A stretch of 61,376 nucleotides of DNA, from the IMG/VR virus record IMGVR_UViG_3300037483_000245. One strand, given 5' to 3'. Made by a program: the position numbers and the translations under genes. Positions within the stretch are counted from its first letter, which is position 1, and each line of letters opens with the position of its first letter. Positions 49,922-59,774 of the stretch are shown one piece after another. The notes under the pieces are model-generated. The model saw only the letters and a program-made list of their open reading frames with translations, was not told where the DNA came from and did not search any database. Source of the DNA: a virus.

Positions 49922-52744
49922 TTAGCCGGATACCTTGATCGCGGTTACCCTGACAATCCAGTCATACGTTGCCGCACCACCAGAATTGACGTTCAATCGC
50001 AAATAGTTGCCGCTCACGGCCCACGCATACGCCCCCGCGAAGGACGCGCTCGCAACACTTACGTCAGTGTCCGCAGAACCCTCAATCGTGGCGGCCCCTC
50101 CGGCGTCTCGGTATGCAATTACCGTTGATACGTACCCGGCACGTTCAGCGGACCCGGAGAGCTTGCCGACGATTTCCGCCCGGGCCAGATACGCCGACTC
50201 ATCGTCCAGCTCTCTCGCCCACGCCTTGACAGTCGTTGCGCTTGTGCTCTGAACCTCAATGACTACCGGCTGCGTCGAATTGAGCATTGCCGTATCGTGA
50301 ATTGCGGCAGTGGTGCCAGAGAGCGTGGCTTCGGTGGGCCATTCCGCGACCGGGCCAGCAAAACGGACACCATAGGAAGCGGCACCCGTAACCTTCACGG
50401 AGCCACGGAACTTGAGTGTTGCTCCTGCGTTGGTCGAGTAGATGCCGTTAGTCATCTGCGTGTTGGCATCAACCACGTCGGTATCGAAGAACTCTACCTG
50501 CGCGGAAGCCGACTGAATCCCGATACCGTCAGTGCTGGCTGCGTTCGTCGTGTTCGGGTTGCGAATCTTGGGCCACACACGGACTCCATCACTACTCGTG
50601 GCAGTGACGAGCAGACCGAACAGCCCCGTGTCTTTCGCAGTCAGGTGTAGATTAATGTCGTGCAGGTCGGCGCCTTGGAGTACGCAGCCGTGGTTGCTTG
50701 TCGTCTCGACCACCGCGTCGATGTGCCAGTTGCGGATCTTCGCGTTTAGCGTCACTCCACGTTGACAATTGACAGCAGCCACCTTGGCCACCCCGGAACT
50801 GGTCCAACCAGTACCGGCAGTGGAGATTTCGAGTGCCTGTGAGCCCGTGCCACGCGCAACAAGATCGATGTGGAACCCTCGGATGTCCTGATTGGCTGCG
50901 CCACTCTGAATCTTTACGCCAGAGAGCGCCACATCGTTCACGGCGAGATCCAACCGAATGCCGCCGCCCTGATGGTAGACCCCGTGCTGGCCGGGGATGT
51001 CATGGATGATGCCGCTGACGTACCAGTTCAAGCATTCGCCAGCGTAGCCAGTCTCCATCTCGCCCATGAACCCCTGTGCGGTTCCGCTGATGTCGATGCC
51101 AGTGGCGACGAAGTTCGTCAGCGTGCCATAGGTCTGATCGTGATTCGCGTAAATCCCGGCCTGAAAGTTGTCGCCCGACGAGAGCGCGGTGCTGTACGCG
51201 TGCGTGCCTTCGATGATGGGGTTGATGATCTTGATACGGTTGCCGCCCCGGACCGCGACACCCGCAGACGCGAAATTCTTGGCCCGCAGGTCGCTCACGC
51301 TCGTGCGGGTGCAGCCCAACAGGAGGATCCCCACGTCCTCGTGTCCAGAAAACCCGGTCCACCCTGACGACCACGATCCCTCTCCGTAGAGAAGCGCCCC
51401 GTTCATTTCGATGTGGATGTTGTCCTTCAGTGTCGCCTTGAAGACAGCCTTGTTCGCGACAGTCTGATTAATCCGGACATCGGGACCGAGAATGATGTGA
51501 TGATTACTGTCGAGAGTGATTGCGTCTGACAGTTTGTAGATTCCCGGCGGAAAAATGACGACCGTGCCAGCATCCACAGTCGACTGAATCGCGGCGGTGT
51601 CGTCTGCCACGCCGAGGCCGGTAGCGCCGTAGTCCATGACGTTGGCCCACGGCAGCGCCCGCGTCACGAACTCCGTCGTCGCAATCGACGTGTCGTTGTC
51701 GCCACGCGATGGTGTGGGTGCCGCTGGAGTACCAGTGAATGTCGGTGAGGCGAGGGGGGCCTTTTCTGTGTCGAGTTCGTCCAGAGCCGCTTGGACGTTG
51801 GTCGCAGCAATCGTACCTGCCGGGGTATTGTCGATCTGGATCGCGTCGTAGTCAGATGCAGCAGGGACGATGGATCCAGTACGACCGTTGAAGTCTGTCA
51901 CGCCTCCGGTTGCAATGACGAACTTCGATCCTGGGTCGTCGAGGGAGTCATACACAACGCCGCCGACTTGTACAGTGCCGACTGAGGCATCGTTGACCGC
52001 TGACATGGAATCGACCGCGGTGTCGCCGCTGATAGTCGCAACTGAGCCGAAGATCGTGACACCGGTCGTATTGAGACCGATTGCAATGTTGTCGCCAACG
52101 TTGTTGTAATAACGGCCGCCAATGATCGATGATCGGCTGGCCCCGGAGACATTGATCCCGTCGGAGCCATTGGACGTGCATTCACAGTTGTCGAAGGTAA
52201 GATCGTCGCCGTCTGTGACAAGGATGCCATAGAGGTCATTGGACTCGCAGCGGACCTCGGTGAAGGTGAGGTCTTGCAGAGTGGTGGCGACTGATAGGCC
52301 GGTGCCGTTGGACGCCGATCCCGGCATGTTCTTGATGACAACACTGCGAAGAGACAGACCGGATACTGCGACAGGGACGTCGAAGCCATTGACAGAAAGG
52401 AGGGGGTTGCCTGCCTTGTTGCCGTCGATGACGAGGTTCTCGATGGTGGTGCCGATACCGGGAAGAGGGGCGAAGAGAGCATCCCCTGCTGTGATCGTGG
52501 AGGCGTCCTTGAGCTTGAAGATGGACGCTTCTCCAGAGCCTACGATACGGAATCCTGCTTTGAATGTGTAGGCCTGAGAGAAGAGGTACGTGCCCTTGGG
52601 GACGCGAAGATCCGTACCGTTGCAGCCGCAGTAGTCGAGCGCGGAGAAGAGAGCAGCTGAATCGTCAGTGACACCGTCGCCAGTAGCGGAGAAGTCAGTC
52701 TTGAGGTCGAGAATGGGCATCAGCCAGTCACCATCGTTTTCCAA
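49922..52744 (-). CDS. tailspike with two pectate-lyase-like (right-handed beta-helix) modules
   Basis: Two copies of the N-cap motif: FSATGDGVTDDSAALFSAL and MDYGATGLGVADDTAAIQSTV. An alternative ATG at 52720. Confidence 0.7.
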   Translation of the reverse strand: MENDGDWLMPILDLKTDFSATGDGVTDDSAALFSALDYCGCNGTDLRVPKGTYLFSQAYTFKAGFRIVGSGEASIFKLKDASTITAGDALFAPLPGIGTTIENLVIDGNKAGNPLLSVNGFDVPVAVSGLSLRSVVIKNMPGSASNGTGLSVATTLQDLTFTEVRCESNDLYGILVTDGDDLTFDNCECTSNGSDGINVSGASRSSIIGGRYYNNVGDNIAIGLNTTGVTIFGSVATISGDTAVDSMSAVNDASVGTVQVGGVVYDSLDDPGSKFVIATGGVTDFNGRTGSIVPAASDYDAIQIDNTPAGTIAATNVQAALDELDTEKAPLASPTFTGTPAAPTPSRGDNDTSIATTEFVTRALPWANVMDYGATGLGVADDTAAIQSTVDAGTVVIFPPGIYKLSDAITLDSNHHIILGPDVRINQTVANKAVFKATLKDNIHIEMNGALLYGEGSWSSGWTGFSGHEDVGILLLGCTRTSVSDLRAKNFASAGVAVRGGNRIKIINPIIEGTHAYSTALSSGDNFQAGIYANHDQTYGTLTNFVATGIDISGTAQGFMGEMETGYAGECLNWYVSGIIHDIPGQHGVYHQGGGIRLDLAVNDVALSGVKIQSGAANQDIRGFHIDLVARGTGSQALEISTAGTGWTSSGVAKVAAVNCQRGVTLNAKIRNWHIDAVVETTSNHGCVLQGADLHDINLHLTAKDTGLFGLLVTATSSDGVRVWPKIRNPNTTNAASTDGIGIQSASAQVEFFDTDVVDANTQMTNGIYSTNAGATLKFRGSVKVTGAASYGVRFAGPVAEWPTEATLSGTTAAIHDTAMLNSTQPVVIEVQSTSATTVKAWARELDDESAYLARAEIVGKLSGSAERAGYVSTVIAYRDAGGAATIEGSADTDVSVASASFAGAYAWAVSGNYLRLNVNSGGAATYDWIVRVTAIKVSG

Positions 52745-53312
52745 TACCTGCTGTAAGTCCTGCGTCTGTACGAACTTCGTTGTTGTAGGTGTAGCGGTAG
52801 AATGACGGTGCTACGAACACGGTGAGCCTCTTCCGTATCCACCGTGCCTCGATGCTCAGCGAATCAGACTTGTACTGATCGTCAGACGGTGGCACGTAGA
52901 GCGTGGCAAACAGAAACTCGGGCCACTCGGCGCCGAGCCGGAGATACGGAGACGACTCCGAGCCTCGCCACACATCTTTCACACACGGTCGCCTAACGGG
53001 CCTGTCTGAGCCGCATCGCGTGAACCGTGACTCATACCCGTAAGCGATCCATCCCGCCTCGACGAACGCCACTCGCCCGTGCCACTGCAAACCAGCCGCT
53101 CCGGAGTAGGTGTAGCCGGTGTCGGCGTCACGCTTGGGCTGGTAGCTGACCGTTGCGTCGAGTCTCGGCCGGATTGCCCCGTGGTCCGTCGTCGTCTCCA
53201 CCCTGACCCCGGCGCCGGGATCGTAGCCGGAGCCAGAATCGAACGTGCCGGTCAGGTAGGCCGAGGACGTGCAGCCGGTTAGGCAGAGCGCGAGGACGAG
53301 AAGGCGGATCAT
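52728..53312 (-). CDS. lipoprotein, possibly an outer-membrane beta-barrel (194 aa)
   Basis: Internal ATG giving MIRLLVLALCLTGC (lipobox). Alternating aromatic/polar pattern. Ends in Trp. Confidence 0.55.
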   Translation of the reverse strand: MIRLLVLALCLTGCTSSAYLTGTFDSGSGYDPGAGVRVETTTDHGAIRPRLDATVSYQPKRDADTGYTYSGAAGLQWHGRVAFVEAGWIAYGYESRFTRCGSDRPVRRPCVKDVWRGSESSPYLRLGAEWPEFLFATLYVPPSDDQYKSDSLSIEARWIRKRLTVFVAPSFYRYTYNNEVRTDAGLTAGIGKRW

Positions 53313-53605
53313 GCGTTGATCTCCAGCGCGGGCGACCACCCAAACTCGCAGGTGGCCCAGTCGTCGCCGTACAACCGGCGCGCCGTGGAGAGATACCCGA
53401 CTGCAGTCCACGTATCCGTCGCAGTACAGTTGTAGAGGATATCCGTTGCACTGTTGTAGTAGAGATCCCCGGTCGTACAGGTCGCAGGTTCTGCCCCGTA
53501 CTTGATCACCCGCCTTGCTGGGCTGTAGTAGATCTGCCCCCAGGCCGCATCCGCAACCAGCAGGAGAGCAAGAGTTACTAAGATCGTCTTGATGTACTTC
53601 TTCAT
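53309..53605 (-). CDS. secreted small protein with signal peptide (98 aa)
   Basis: MKKYIKTILVTLALLLVADAAWG. Confidence 0.6.
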   Translation of the reverse strand: MKKYIKTILVTLALLLVADAAWGQIYYSPARRVIKYGAEPATCTTGDLYYNSATDILYNCTATDTWTAVGYLSTARRLYGDDWATCEFGWSPALEINA

Positions 53606-53615
53606 TGCGTCCTCC

Positions 53616-53927
53616 TTATGCGGTGAACGCCAGCCCGGTCACACCCTCACCATCCACAGCGACTTCAATGTAGATCGCGTCCGCATTGAAGTTCTTCTTG
53701 ATGGTGTCGAAGTCCAGATTGAGAACTTCCCCGGCACTAAGAGTGATCCCCTCGCCGGACCCGGATGTGGACGCCTGGATCGTCACCGTGCTGGTGTTAG
53801 TCGTCTTGGCCTGAATCTGGAGCATGCTGACAGGAGTACGCGTCGAGAACAGGACTTCAGGTGTTGCCGCCGCGGCAACGTCCTTGTCAAACGTGCTGAA
53901 TTCCTTATAGACAGTCGATGATGCCAT
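53616..53927 (-). CDS. hypothetical protein (103 aa)
   Basis: ORF track. Confidence 0.6.
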   Translation of the reverse strand: MASSTVYKEFSTFDKDVAAAATPEVLFSTRTPVSMLQIQAKTTNTSTVTIQASTSGSGEGITLSAGEVLNLDFDTIKKNFNADAIYIEVAVDGEGVTGLAFTA

Positions 53928-53941
53928 TGTGTGTCATCTCC

Positions 53942-55903
53942 TTATCCGCTCTCGCTGATATAGCCGTCAGAGCGCATCTCGGGCATCTCCTGCCCAGAAG
54001 CCTTTCGTCCGGCAGAACTTCCGCCCGTCGGACCAACGTTCATTCCCATGAGCATCTGCCCCTGCTGCTGCAGACGCTCGACAATTGTACCCTGAGGAGT
54101 CACACCCATATTGGGGATGCCCAGTTTCTCTGCCAGCGTCCAGATGTCGAGGTATCCCATACGAGCAAGCTGGAGATACAGCATCTTCTCGGTGGACGAG
54201 GCGGATTCGAGAAGCGATCCTGGCTTGACGTAGAAGGTGAGGTGCCGCATGAGTTCTCGGGCACGATCGAAGCGTGGGCGGGGTTTGTTGAGGCGGTCTT
54301 CCTTCACAACACCGTGAGACATATCACTTGGCATGTAAGCTGGGATGAAGTTCTCCGGATCGAAGTCCCAGTCTTCCACCGTCTGTCCGTTGGGGCCGAG
54401 GATTGCAAGGCGTCGTGGGAGAGAGTAGAACTGCGCGAAGTTGTACGACAGCATCGTCGCGATCTCGCTCATGTAGGCTTCAATGGCACGTGAACGGCCG
54501 CGCAGGTCAGGAGACATGGCGGCGAGGAGAGCTTCGATGGTGTTGTCGCCCGGCATCTGATTGAGGCCGAGTAACTGCGTGAGATCCTGAACACCAGAGA
54601 GGTGGTACATACGGTCCTGCAAATACTGGCGCTGATTGATGATGCTGGGGTCGATGGAAGGTACAGCGTGGACTTTGAACCCGCCCCCCACCATCGAGTG
54701 GTGGATCTGCTGACCGGGCTGAGACGGATCGAACTTCATCAGCTCAGCGCGGGAGATCGAGTGACGATCCCCTTCGACCGGAGGGCGGGCCATGACTTGG
54801 ATCCGGTCATCAATGAACCGGTTGATCTTGTCGATGGACTTCTGCAGCGGGTCGAGATCCCACAAGGGGGACTTACCGAGATACGACCACGGCCATGAGT
54901 CCAGCGTGAGCTTGGCAACCGGGTACTGCCCGTGCCAGTAAAAGGACGGCCCGTCGTAGATCACCATGGACGAGCAAGCGATGATAAGGCGTTTGCGTGG
55001 GAAGAGGGCCTCGCCTGGCTGAGCAAGATAACTCCAACTGTTGGCAGGCTCCCCGTCCTTGTCAAACTGTCCTACTGGCTGCGGGTTGGGCTTGTTGTTG
55101 CGGGAGGTATCGTTAAGGTAGCAGTAGTAGAGATCGACGACGGGGTAGCGGCCCTTGGCCTTCTTGGCGGCATCTGTGCGGAAGTTCTTCCAGATCTCGA
55201 AGGGAGAGAGGTTGAGCTTCTGCAGGATCTTGCCAACCCTGGTGCCGCTGTCGAATGCGTCGGGGGAGGCGCCATCGCGGTCGGGCTTGATGCGGCCCTT
55301 GGGAACGTAGGGGAACATGGCCTCGACGCGGGCGACGGGGAGTTCGCGGACGATCATGACTCCCATAGCGTCCTGGAGATTGGATGAGATGGAGGCTGGG
55401 CGGACGGGGAGGACATCGCGTGGGTCTTCTGCAATGAGGTCGATGTCTTGGATGTCCCGGTTCCAGACAAGGTGACCGTAGCCACTGCCACCAGCAAGGG
55501 AGTACTTGGCGACTGCTGCATTCTTCTGATCAATTGTGCGGTCGCGGTACCACGCCTCGGCGAGACGGTTGGCGATGCGGACGTGTTCCTCGTAGTTGGG
55601 ATTGAAGGTGCGGTAGTCCCAGTAGGGCTTGATGTCGGTGACCAGAGCGGCGAGGACTGTAGCGATCTTGCCTGTCTCGTTGACCGCAGTCGTCGAGAGC
55701 TTCTCCGGGCGAAGGGGTTCGTCGCCGGAGAGGATCTGCTTCATCGTCGGCTCAATCTTGTCATACCCCTTCTGGGAGACAAGGAACCCTCGCGCCTCCT
55801 GAGCAGCGGCTTCGATCCAGTCAAGTGTCTCCGCGTCGGATGCGGCGACGCCCGGCAGGCGGGAAGGCTTCAGAGGGTCATTGACAAAGCTGAAATTCGC
55901 CAT
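53942..55903 (-). CDS. portal protein (653 aa)
   Basis: Size and position downstream of the terminase block. No motif verified. Confidence 0.65.
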   Translation of the reverse strand: MANFSFVNDPLKPSRLPGVAASDAETLDWIEAAAQEARGFLVSQKGYDKIEPTMKQILSGDEPLRPEKLSTTAVNETGKIATVLAALVTDIKPYWDYRTFNPNYEEHVRIANRLAEAWYRDRTIDQKNAAVAKYSLAGGSGYGHLVWNRDIQDIDLIAEDPRDVLPVRPASISSNLQDAMGVMIVRELPVARVEAMFPYVPKGRIKPDRDGASPDAFDSGTRVGKILQKLNLSPFEIWKNFRTDAAKKAKGRYPVVDLYYCYLNDTSRNNKPNPQPVGQFDKDGEPANSWSYLAQPGEALFPRKRLIIACSSMVIYDGPSFYWHGQYPVAKLTLDSWPWSYLGKSPLWDLDPLQKSIDKINRFIDDRIQVMARPPVEGDRHSISRAELMKFDPSQPGQQIHHSMVGGGFKVHAVPSIDPSIINQRQYLQDRMYHLSGVQDLTQLLGLNQMPGDNTIEALLAAMSPDLRGRSRAIEAYMSEIATMLSYNFAQFYSLPRRLAILGPNGQTVEDWDFDPENFIPAYMPSDMSHGVVKEDRLNKPRPRFDRARELMRHLTFYVKPGSLLESASSTEKMLYLQLARMGYLDIWTLAEKLGIPNMGVTPQGTIVERLQQQGQMLMGMNVGPTGGSSAGRKASGQEMPEMRSDGYISESG

Positions 55904-56298
55904 TATTTATCCACATCCACTCCGTCGGGCCTTCGTGACGACGACCCTGGGTCATAATTGAGCCGTTCCGAGATACGCCCGGCAGCTCTCTCTAGTCTAA
56001 CAACATCCGAGATGGACGTACACTCCCGTTTTTCATAGCCCATCGCGGCGAGCTTGGGAGGGACTGGGACATCATTGCGGCCAGGGATGCGGATCTCGCC
56101 TTTGGCATTCTGATAGTAGACCGTACGTTCGCCGGATTCGATGGCGGCATGCTGCCAGCCACGAGGGAGGAAGACGCGGTCACAGAGGATTGCGCATTCC
56201 GGGCAGGGGCGGGGAAGAGCACGGCCCAACTCGTCGGAGTATTCGGTCATTGCAGTGAAGTATCCGTGGTCAGAGCACTTGAAGTCGTGAAGGATCAC
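55903..56298 (-). CDS. zinc-ribbon protein (131 aa)
   Basis: FKCSDHG...CPEC. Confidence 0.55.
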   Translation of the reverse strand: MILHDFKCSDHGYFTAMTEYSDELGRALPRPCPECAILCDRVFLPRGWQHAAIESGERTVYYQNAKGEIRIPGRNDVPVPPKLAAMGYEKRECTSISDVVRLERAAGRISERLNYDPGSSSRRPDGVDVDK

Positions 56299-56741
56299 AG
56301 TGACCTCGTTTCCAGCTTGAGAAGGCGGATGATGGTCTCCTCGACGAACTCGTGGAGGGGCTGGGAGCCGATGCGGCGGGATTCGAGACGTTCGAGCACG
56401 TTGCCCGGGATCGTGATCTCGTGGGAGAACCGCTTGGAGCCGCGAGTAGACGTGAGATTGATTCGCGCCATCTGCTGCATACGTTCTGTGAGATGCTGGC
56501 CGTCCTTGATGTTGACATCAAGGATCTTCTCGATGGCACGCCGCTGATCGTCATTGAGAATGATGGGCTTGGTGGACGAGGCGAACGGGGCCATTGAGGT
56601 GACCATCTTGGCGATGTGGGCGTCGGACTCGTAGGAGACAGCAATCTCAGGGTCCAGATTGAGGACCGTGTAGGATGGCCGTGGGGTGGATGTAGACGAT
56701 GGCGAGACGGCCATATCTTTCAAACTCTGTAGTTTACTCAT
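56295..56741 (-). CDS. hypothetical protein (148 aa)
   Basis: Internal ATG of ORF 56295..56909, chosen to limit overlap with 56734..56982. Confidence 0.5.
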   Translation of the reverse strand: MSKLQSLKDMAVSPSSTSTPRPSYTVLNLDPEIAVSYESDAHIAKMVTSMAPFASSTKPIILNDDQRRAIEKILDVNIKDGQHLTERMQQMARINLTSTRGSKRFSHEITIPGNVLERLESRRIGSQPLHEFVEETIIRLLKLETRSL

Positions 56742-56982
56742 GGTTGCAGACATCCTTGAGTTGAGCTTCTGACGAAGTAGCGCCTGCTGACGTATACCAG
56801 AACGGTCCGCGGTATGGTTCTGTATATGGAGGTTTGTATGGATACCAAGAGCCTCCACGTCCGCAGTGTCTGCAGTAGCCGCAGTTTGGACAGGTGGAAC
56901 CATTATCACTGCGTCTTTTCTCCCACTCAGCTTTTAACTCTTCAAGCATGGCGGACACGTCAGACTTCTTTTCTTCTGTCAT
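56734..56982 (-). CDS. hypothetical CxxC protein (82 aa)
   Basis: ORF track. CPNCGYCRHCG. Confidence 0.5.
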   Translation of the reverse strand: MTEEKKSDVSAMLEELKAEWEKRRSDNGSTCPNCGYCRHCGRGGSWYPYKPPYTEPYRGPFWYTSAGATSSEAQLKDVCNHE

Positions 56983-56994
56983 ATGATTACTCCT

Positions 56995-59145
56995 TTAGTC
57001 ACTCAGCAGATGCCCGATGGTATTATCCCAGCTGTTCAACATCTCCTCATAGTCCATGTCACTGGACTGCCAGTCAATGGGTTCTGCCGGGGTTGCTTTA
57101 GTTTCGACGAGTTGGTCGGCTTTGTAGGGGTCGTAGTACGCCCAGTTGTTCGCCGCCCACCACGCTAGGAATGCGGCGATACAGCGATCATCGTGGTAGC
57201 CGTCCTCGGCTGCAGCGCGTTTGAGAACCGGGTCGGCTTGGAGAGTGGTGAGTTCGTCGGCCAGCCACTCGGAGCGAACACGAGTGTGCTCGGATGCAAC
57301 GTGCCGCTTGGAGTGTGACCAGAGGAGGCGCATCGAGTGCATGTTCGACTGCCAGCCAAAGAGCTGCGGGTCGCGCATCATGACGCCGTCCTGGATCCGG
57401 TAGCGGGGCATGAGGTTGAGGTAGTTGTAGCGGCCTACGAGTTCCTGATGGAAGGCAGCGCCCTTTGGATCGACCTCGGCGTGAATGAGAGCTTGGTTCA
57501 TGTCGGAAGAGCCCTCGTAGATGAGACCGAGAAGGTAGGCGTAGAGAGCGAGTTCGTGTTCGCCAATGGGTGCGGCGAATTCGGCCACCTGGACTTCTGG
57601 TTGACTGCCGCGGCCGATGCGCCAGACGGATAGTACACCGTTGTCGCGCTCTTCGTTGTCGTTCTCCGTACCGATGAGAAGGCGGTTCCAGCCAGGGATG
57701 CCTCCTGCCGTGTCGGCGCCGATGACGTACTTCTCGTTCTTCTGCGGTGGCTCCCACATCAGCACCTGGCCCCGCGGGTCTTCCGGGTGATGCGGGTCGG
57801 CGACCGGGGCGAGAACATGGGTGCCTACACGGTACGGGCTTGGCCCGTCCGGTGTAGCAGCCTGTTCGACGGACGGGGAGCCGTCGGACTTGATGGGCGA
57901 TGGTCCGCCTGGGGTGAGGAGTTGATAAGGGACGGGGCGACGGATGGCATGGCGAACGCTTTCGAGAACGATCGTGGGAAAGGCTGAGATGCCGCCGTAC
58001 TGAAACATCTCCGTGGGAGTGGCGGGATGCGTCTGGAAGAAGATGTTGAGGGTGCCAGCGGACTGTGCGGCGCTTCTCTCCTGCTCGTACCAGTAGAGCT
58101 GGGCGGCGGTGAGGACGACTTTGTAGCCAACGAGGTCCGGAGAGGTCTCTTCGACCATCTTGGCGTGGGCGAGGGATTCTGCCGACGGGGACCAGTCGAT
58201 AGGTGGCAGGGCGACGTTCTTCTCGTCTGCGAGATACCACGGGATGAAGACGTACCGCCAGCGGCCGAGTTTGCCCTTTCTAGCCGCTTCTGAATTCTTC
58301 TTCCACCAGATGGGGCCGCCTTTGCTGACGCCCTGAGCGGTGGATTCAAGGAAGGCTGCCGTCCAGAGGGAGCGAGGGAGTGATGGGTAGAGGTGGTTTT
58401 CGAACTGCTCGACGGGGTCGGGCCACGAGGCGCACTCGGTCAGGTGCGCGAAGTCCCACTGGTTGCCCTGACCAAGGCCGGATCTCTGGGTCGCGTCTTC
58501 CAAGTGCATGCGGGAGCCGTTGGTGAGCTTGATGCCACCAGTGATGGTGTCGTATTCAGCCGGGGTGATCATCCACCAAGGCATACCATTTCTGAGTACT
58601 TGGTAGCGGTCTACGTAGATGAGCTGGGTCTTCTGGTCATTGACCGATGCTGTGACGCCGCGGATGTTGGAGTAGAAGTTGCTACGGTGGCAGCCGATGC
58701 CCTGGAAGAGCATGGTGTAGCCGACCTGACGAGACTTGGTGGCAAAAAAGCAGAGGCCGTCCACACGCTTAGCCCCTTGGCGAATCTCGTCCCACATCTC
58801 CTCTTCAGCCTTGGCCATCTTCTCCAGAGCTTTCAACTGGGTCTTCCAGAGCTTGAAACGGCCCTTTTTCGCCTTCAGATCGTCGAGATAGATGATCCCG
58901 TAGCGTTCAACCCAGTACTTGAAGTCGATCCGGCTGCGGAGTCGCTCATTCCGGACGAATTTGCGCTCGTCAGGGGTGAGAATGCGCGACATTGTGCCGT
59001 CTTCCTCGACGAGGGAGGTCAAGGTGCTGACGGTCGCCTGCCAATAGTCCTCCGGGAAGTCGTACCACCGGAAATCAGGGTCGGACTGCTGCATCTTGTC
59101 GTGGATGCGGCGCATGGAGGCGTTGATGACGGTCTCAGAGTACAT
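56995..59145 (-). CDS. terL: terminase large subunit
   Basis: ATKSRQVGYT Walker-A-like segment typical of phage TerL. Size 716 aa. Position next to the portal block. Confidence 0.8.
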   Translation of the reverse strand: MYSETVINASMRRIHDKMQQSDPDFRWYDFPEDYWQATVSTLTSLVEEDGTMSRILTPDERKFVRNERLRSRIDFKYWVERYGIIYLDDLKAKKGRFKLWKTQLKALEKMAKAEEEMWDEIRQGAKRVDGLCFFATKSRQVGYTMLFQGIGCHRSNFYSNIRGVTASVNDQKTQLIYVDRYQVLRNGMPWWMITPAEYDTITGGIKLTNGSRMHLEDATQRSGLGQGNQWDFAHLTECASWPDPVEQFENHLYPSLPRSLWTAAFLESTAQGVSKGGPIWWKKNSEAARKGKLGRWRYVFIPWYLADEKNVALPPIDWSPSAESLAHAKMVEETSPDLVGYKVVLTAAQLYWYEQERSAAQSAGTLNIFFQTHPATPTEMFQYGGISAFPTIVLESVRHAIRRPVPYQLLTPGGPSPIKSDGSPSVEQAATPDGPSPYRVGTHVLAPVADPHHPEDPRGQVLMWEPPQKNEKYVIGADTAGGIPGWNRLLIGTENDNEERDNGVLSVWRIGRGSQPEVQVAEFAAPIGEHELALYAYLLGLIYEGSSDMNQALIHAEVDPKGAAFHQELVGRYNYLNLMPRYRIQDGVMMRDPQLFGWQSNMHSMRLLWSHSKRHVASEHTRVRSEWLADELTTLQADPVLKRAAAEDGYHDDRCIAAFLAWWAANNWAYYDPYKADQLVETKATPAEPIDWQSSDMDYEEMLNSWDNTIGHLLSD

Positions 59146-59176
59146 AGACGATGTAATGTGTCCAGATTTTGGACAC

Positions 59177-59383
59177 TTATCCCTTCATCCGCTCTTCAAA
59201 CTCGGCAACTGCTGCCGCTTCGTCGTCAAATGTCGAGAATTCGACCACATCACGCTTAGGTTCGGGGTCGGCAGGGACGCGGATACCGTGGACACGCATG
59301 ATTGACTCGATATTGTCGTTCAGGCGGCGGAGTTGGCGCGTGATGGGCAGAGAGAAGAGGCGGGAGATGGCACGAGTGTTCAT
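59177..59383 (-). CDS. hypothetical protein (68 aa)
   Basis: ORF track. Confidence 0.5.
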   Translation of the reverse strand: MNTRAISRLFSLPITRQLRRLNDNIESIMRVHGIRVPADPEPKRDVVEFSTFDDEAAAVAEFEERMKG

Positions 59384-59604
59384 TTTGGCGGTTCCTCGGT
59401 AATGTAGTCACCGCGCAAGAACTCGTTACGCAGCACTTCCTCAATTGTGACCCCCCGGCCAGCCTCCAAATCGCCCCAGCCCGGAATAAAGATCTCATAA
59501 GCACGAGCGGCGTACGTACGGTCAGCGCAGCGTCGGATTCGGATAATGAGGGTTCCAGAGTCCGCCATATCGACAGTCTGCATCATAATGTCAGGAACAG
59601 GCAT
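59380..59604 (-). CDS. hypothetical protein (74 aa)
   Basis: ORF track. ATGA coupling. Confidence 0.5.
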   Translation of the reverse strand: MPVPDIMMQTVDMADSGTLIIRIRRCADRTYAARAYEIFIPGWGDLEAGRGVTIEEVLRNEFLRGDYITEEPPK

Positions 59605-59607
59605 AAA

Positions 59608-59754
59608 TCAGTACCTCCAATACCGTTTACAGCGTTTGCAGCCCTTGTAGATCCTCGCTCCGGCGATGGTCGAGTAGTGCCACGGCCAGTGGAAGAAAGT
59701 ACAGAAGACGGCTTTGCCAATGAGGACGGTGGGAACGCCTGTATTGTGGTCCAT
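59608..59754 (-). CDS. 48-aa Cys/Trp-rich peptide
   Basis: Hand translation MDHNTGVPTVLIGKAVFCTFFHWPWHY...CKRCKRYWRY. SD AAGGAGGAAAGC. Confidence 0.4.
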   Translation of the reverse strand: MDHNTGVPTVLIGKAVFCTFFHWPWHYSTIAGARIYKGCKRCKRYWRY

Positions 59755-59774
59755 GCTTTCCTCCTTGAGAATGA

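Noticed and set aside
57188-58240. A 350-aa ORF on the same strand as terL in another frame. Similar long Arg/Pro/Ser-rich ORFs occur at 40470..41246, 28522..29235, 13381..14031 and 22548..23357
   Set aside because: They are fully embedded in, or antisense to, genes with recognisable motifs. They have biased Arg/Pro/Ser composition typical of off-frame reading of GC-rich coding DNA, and they lack SD sequences.
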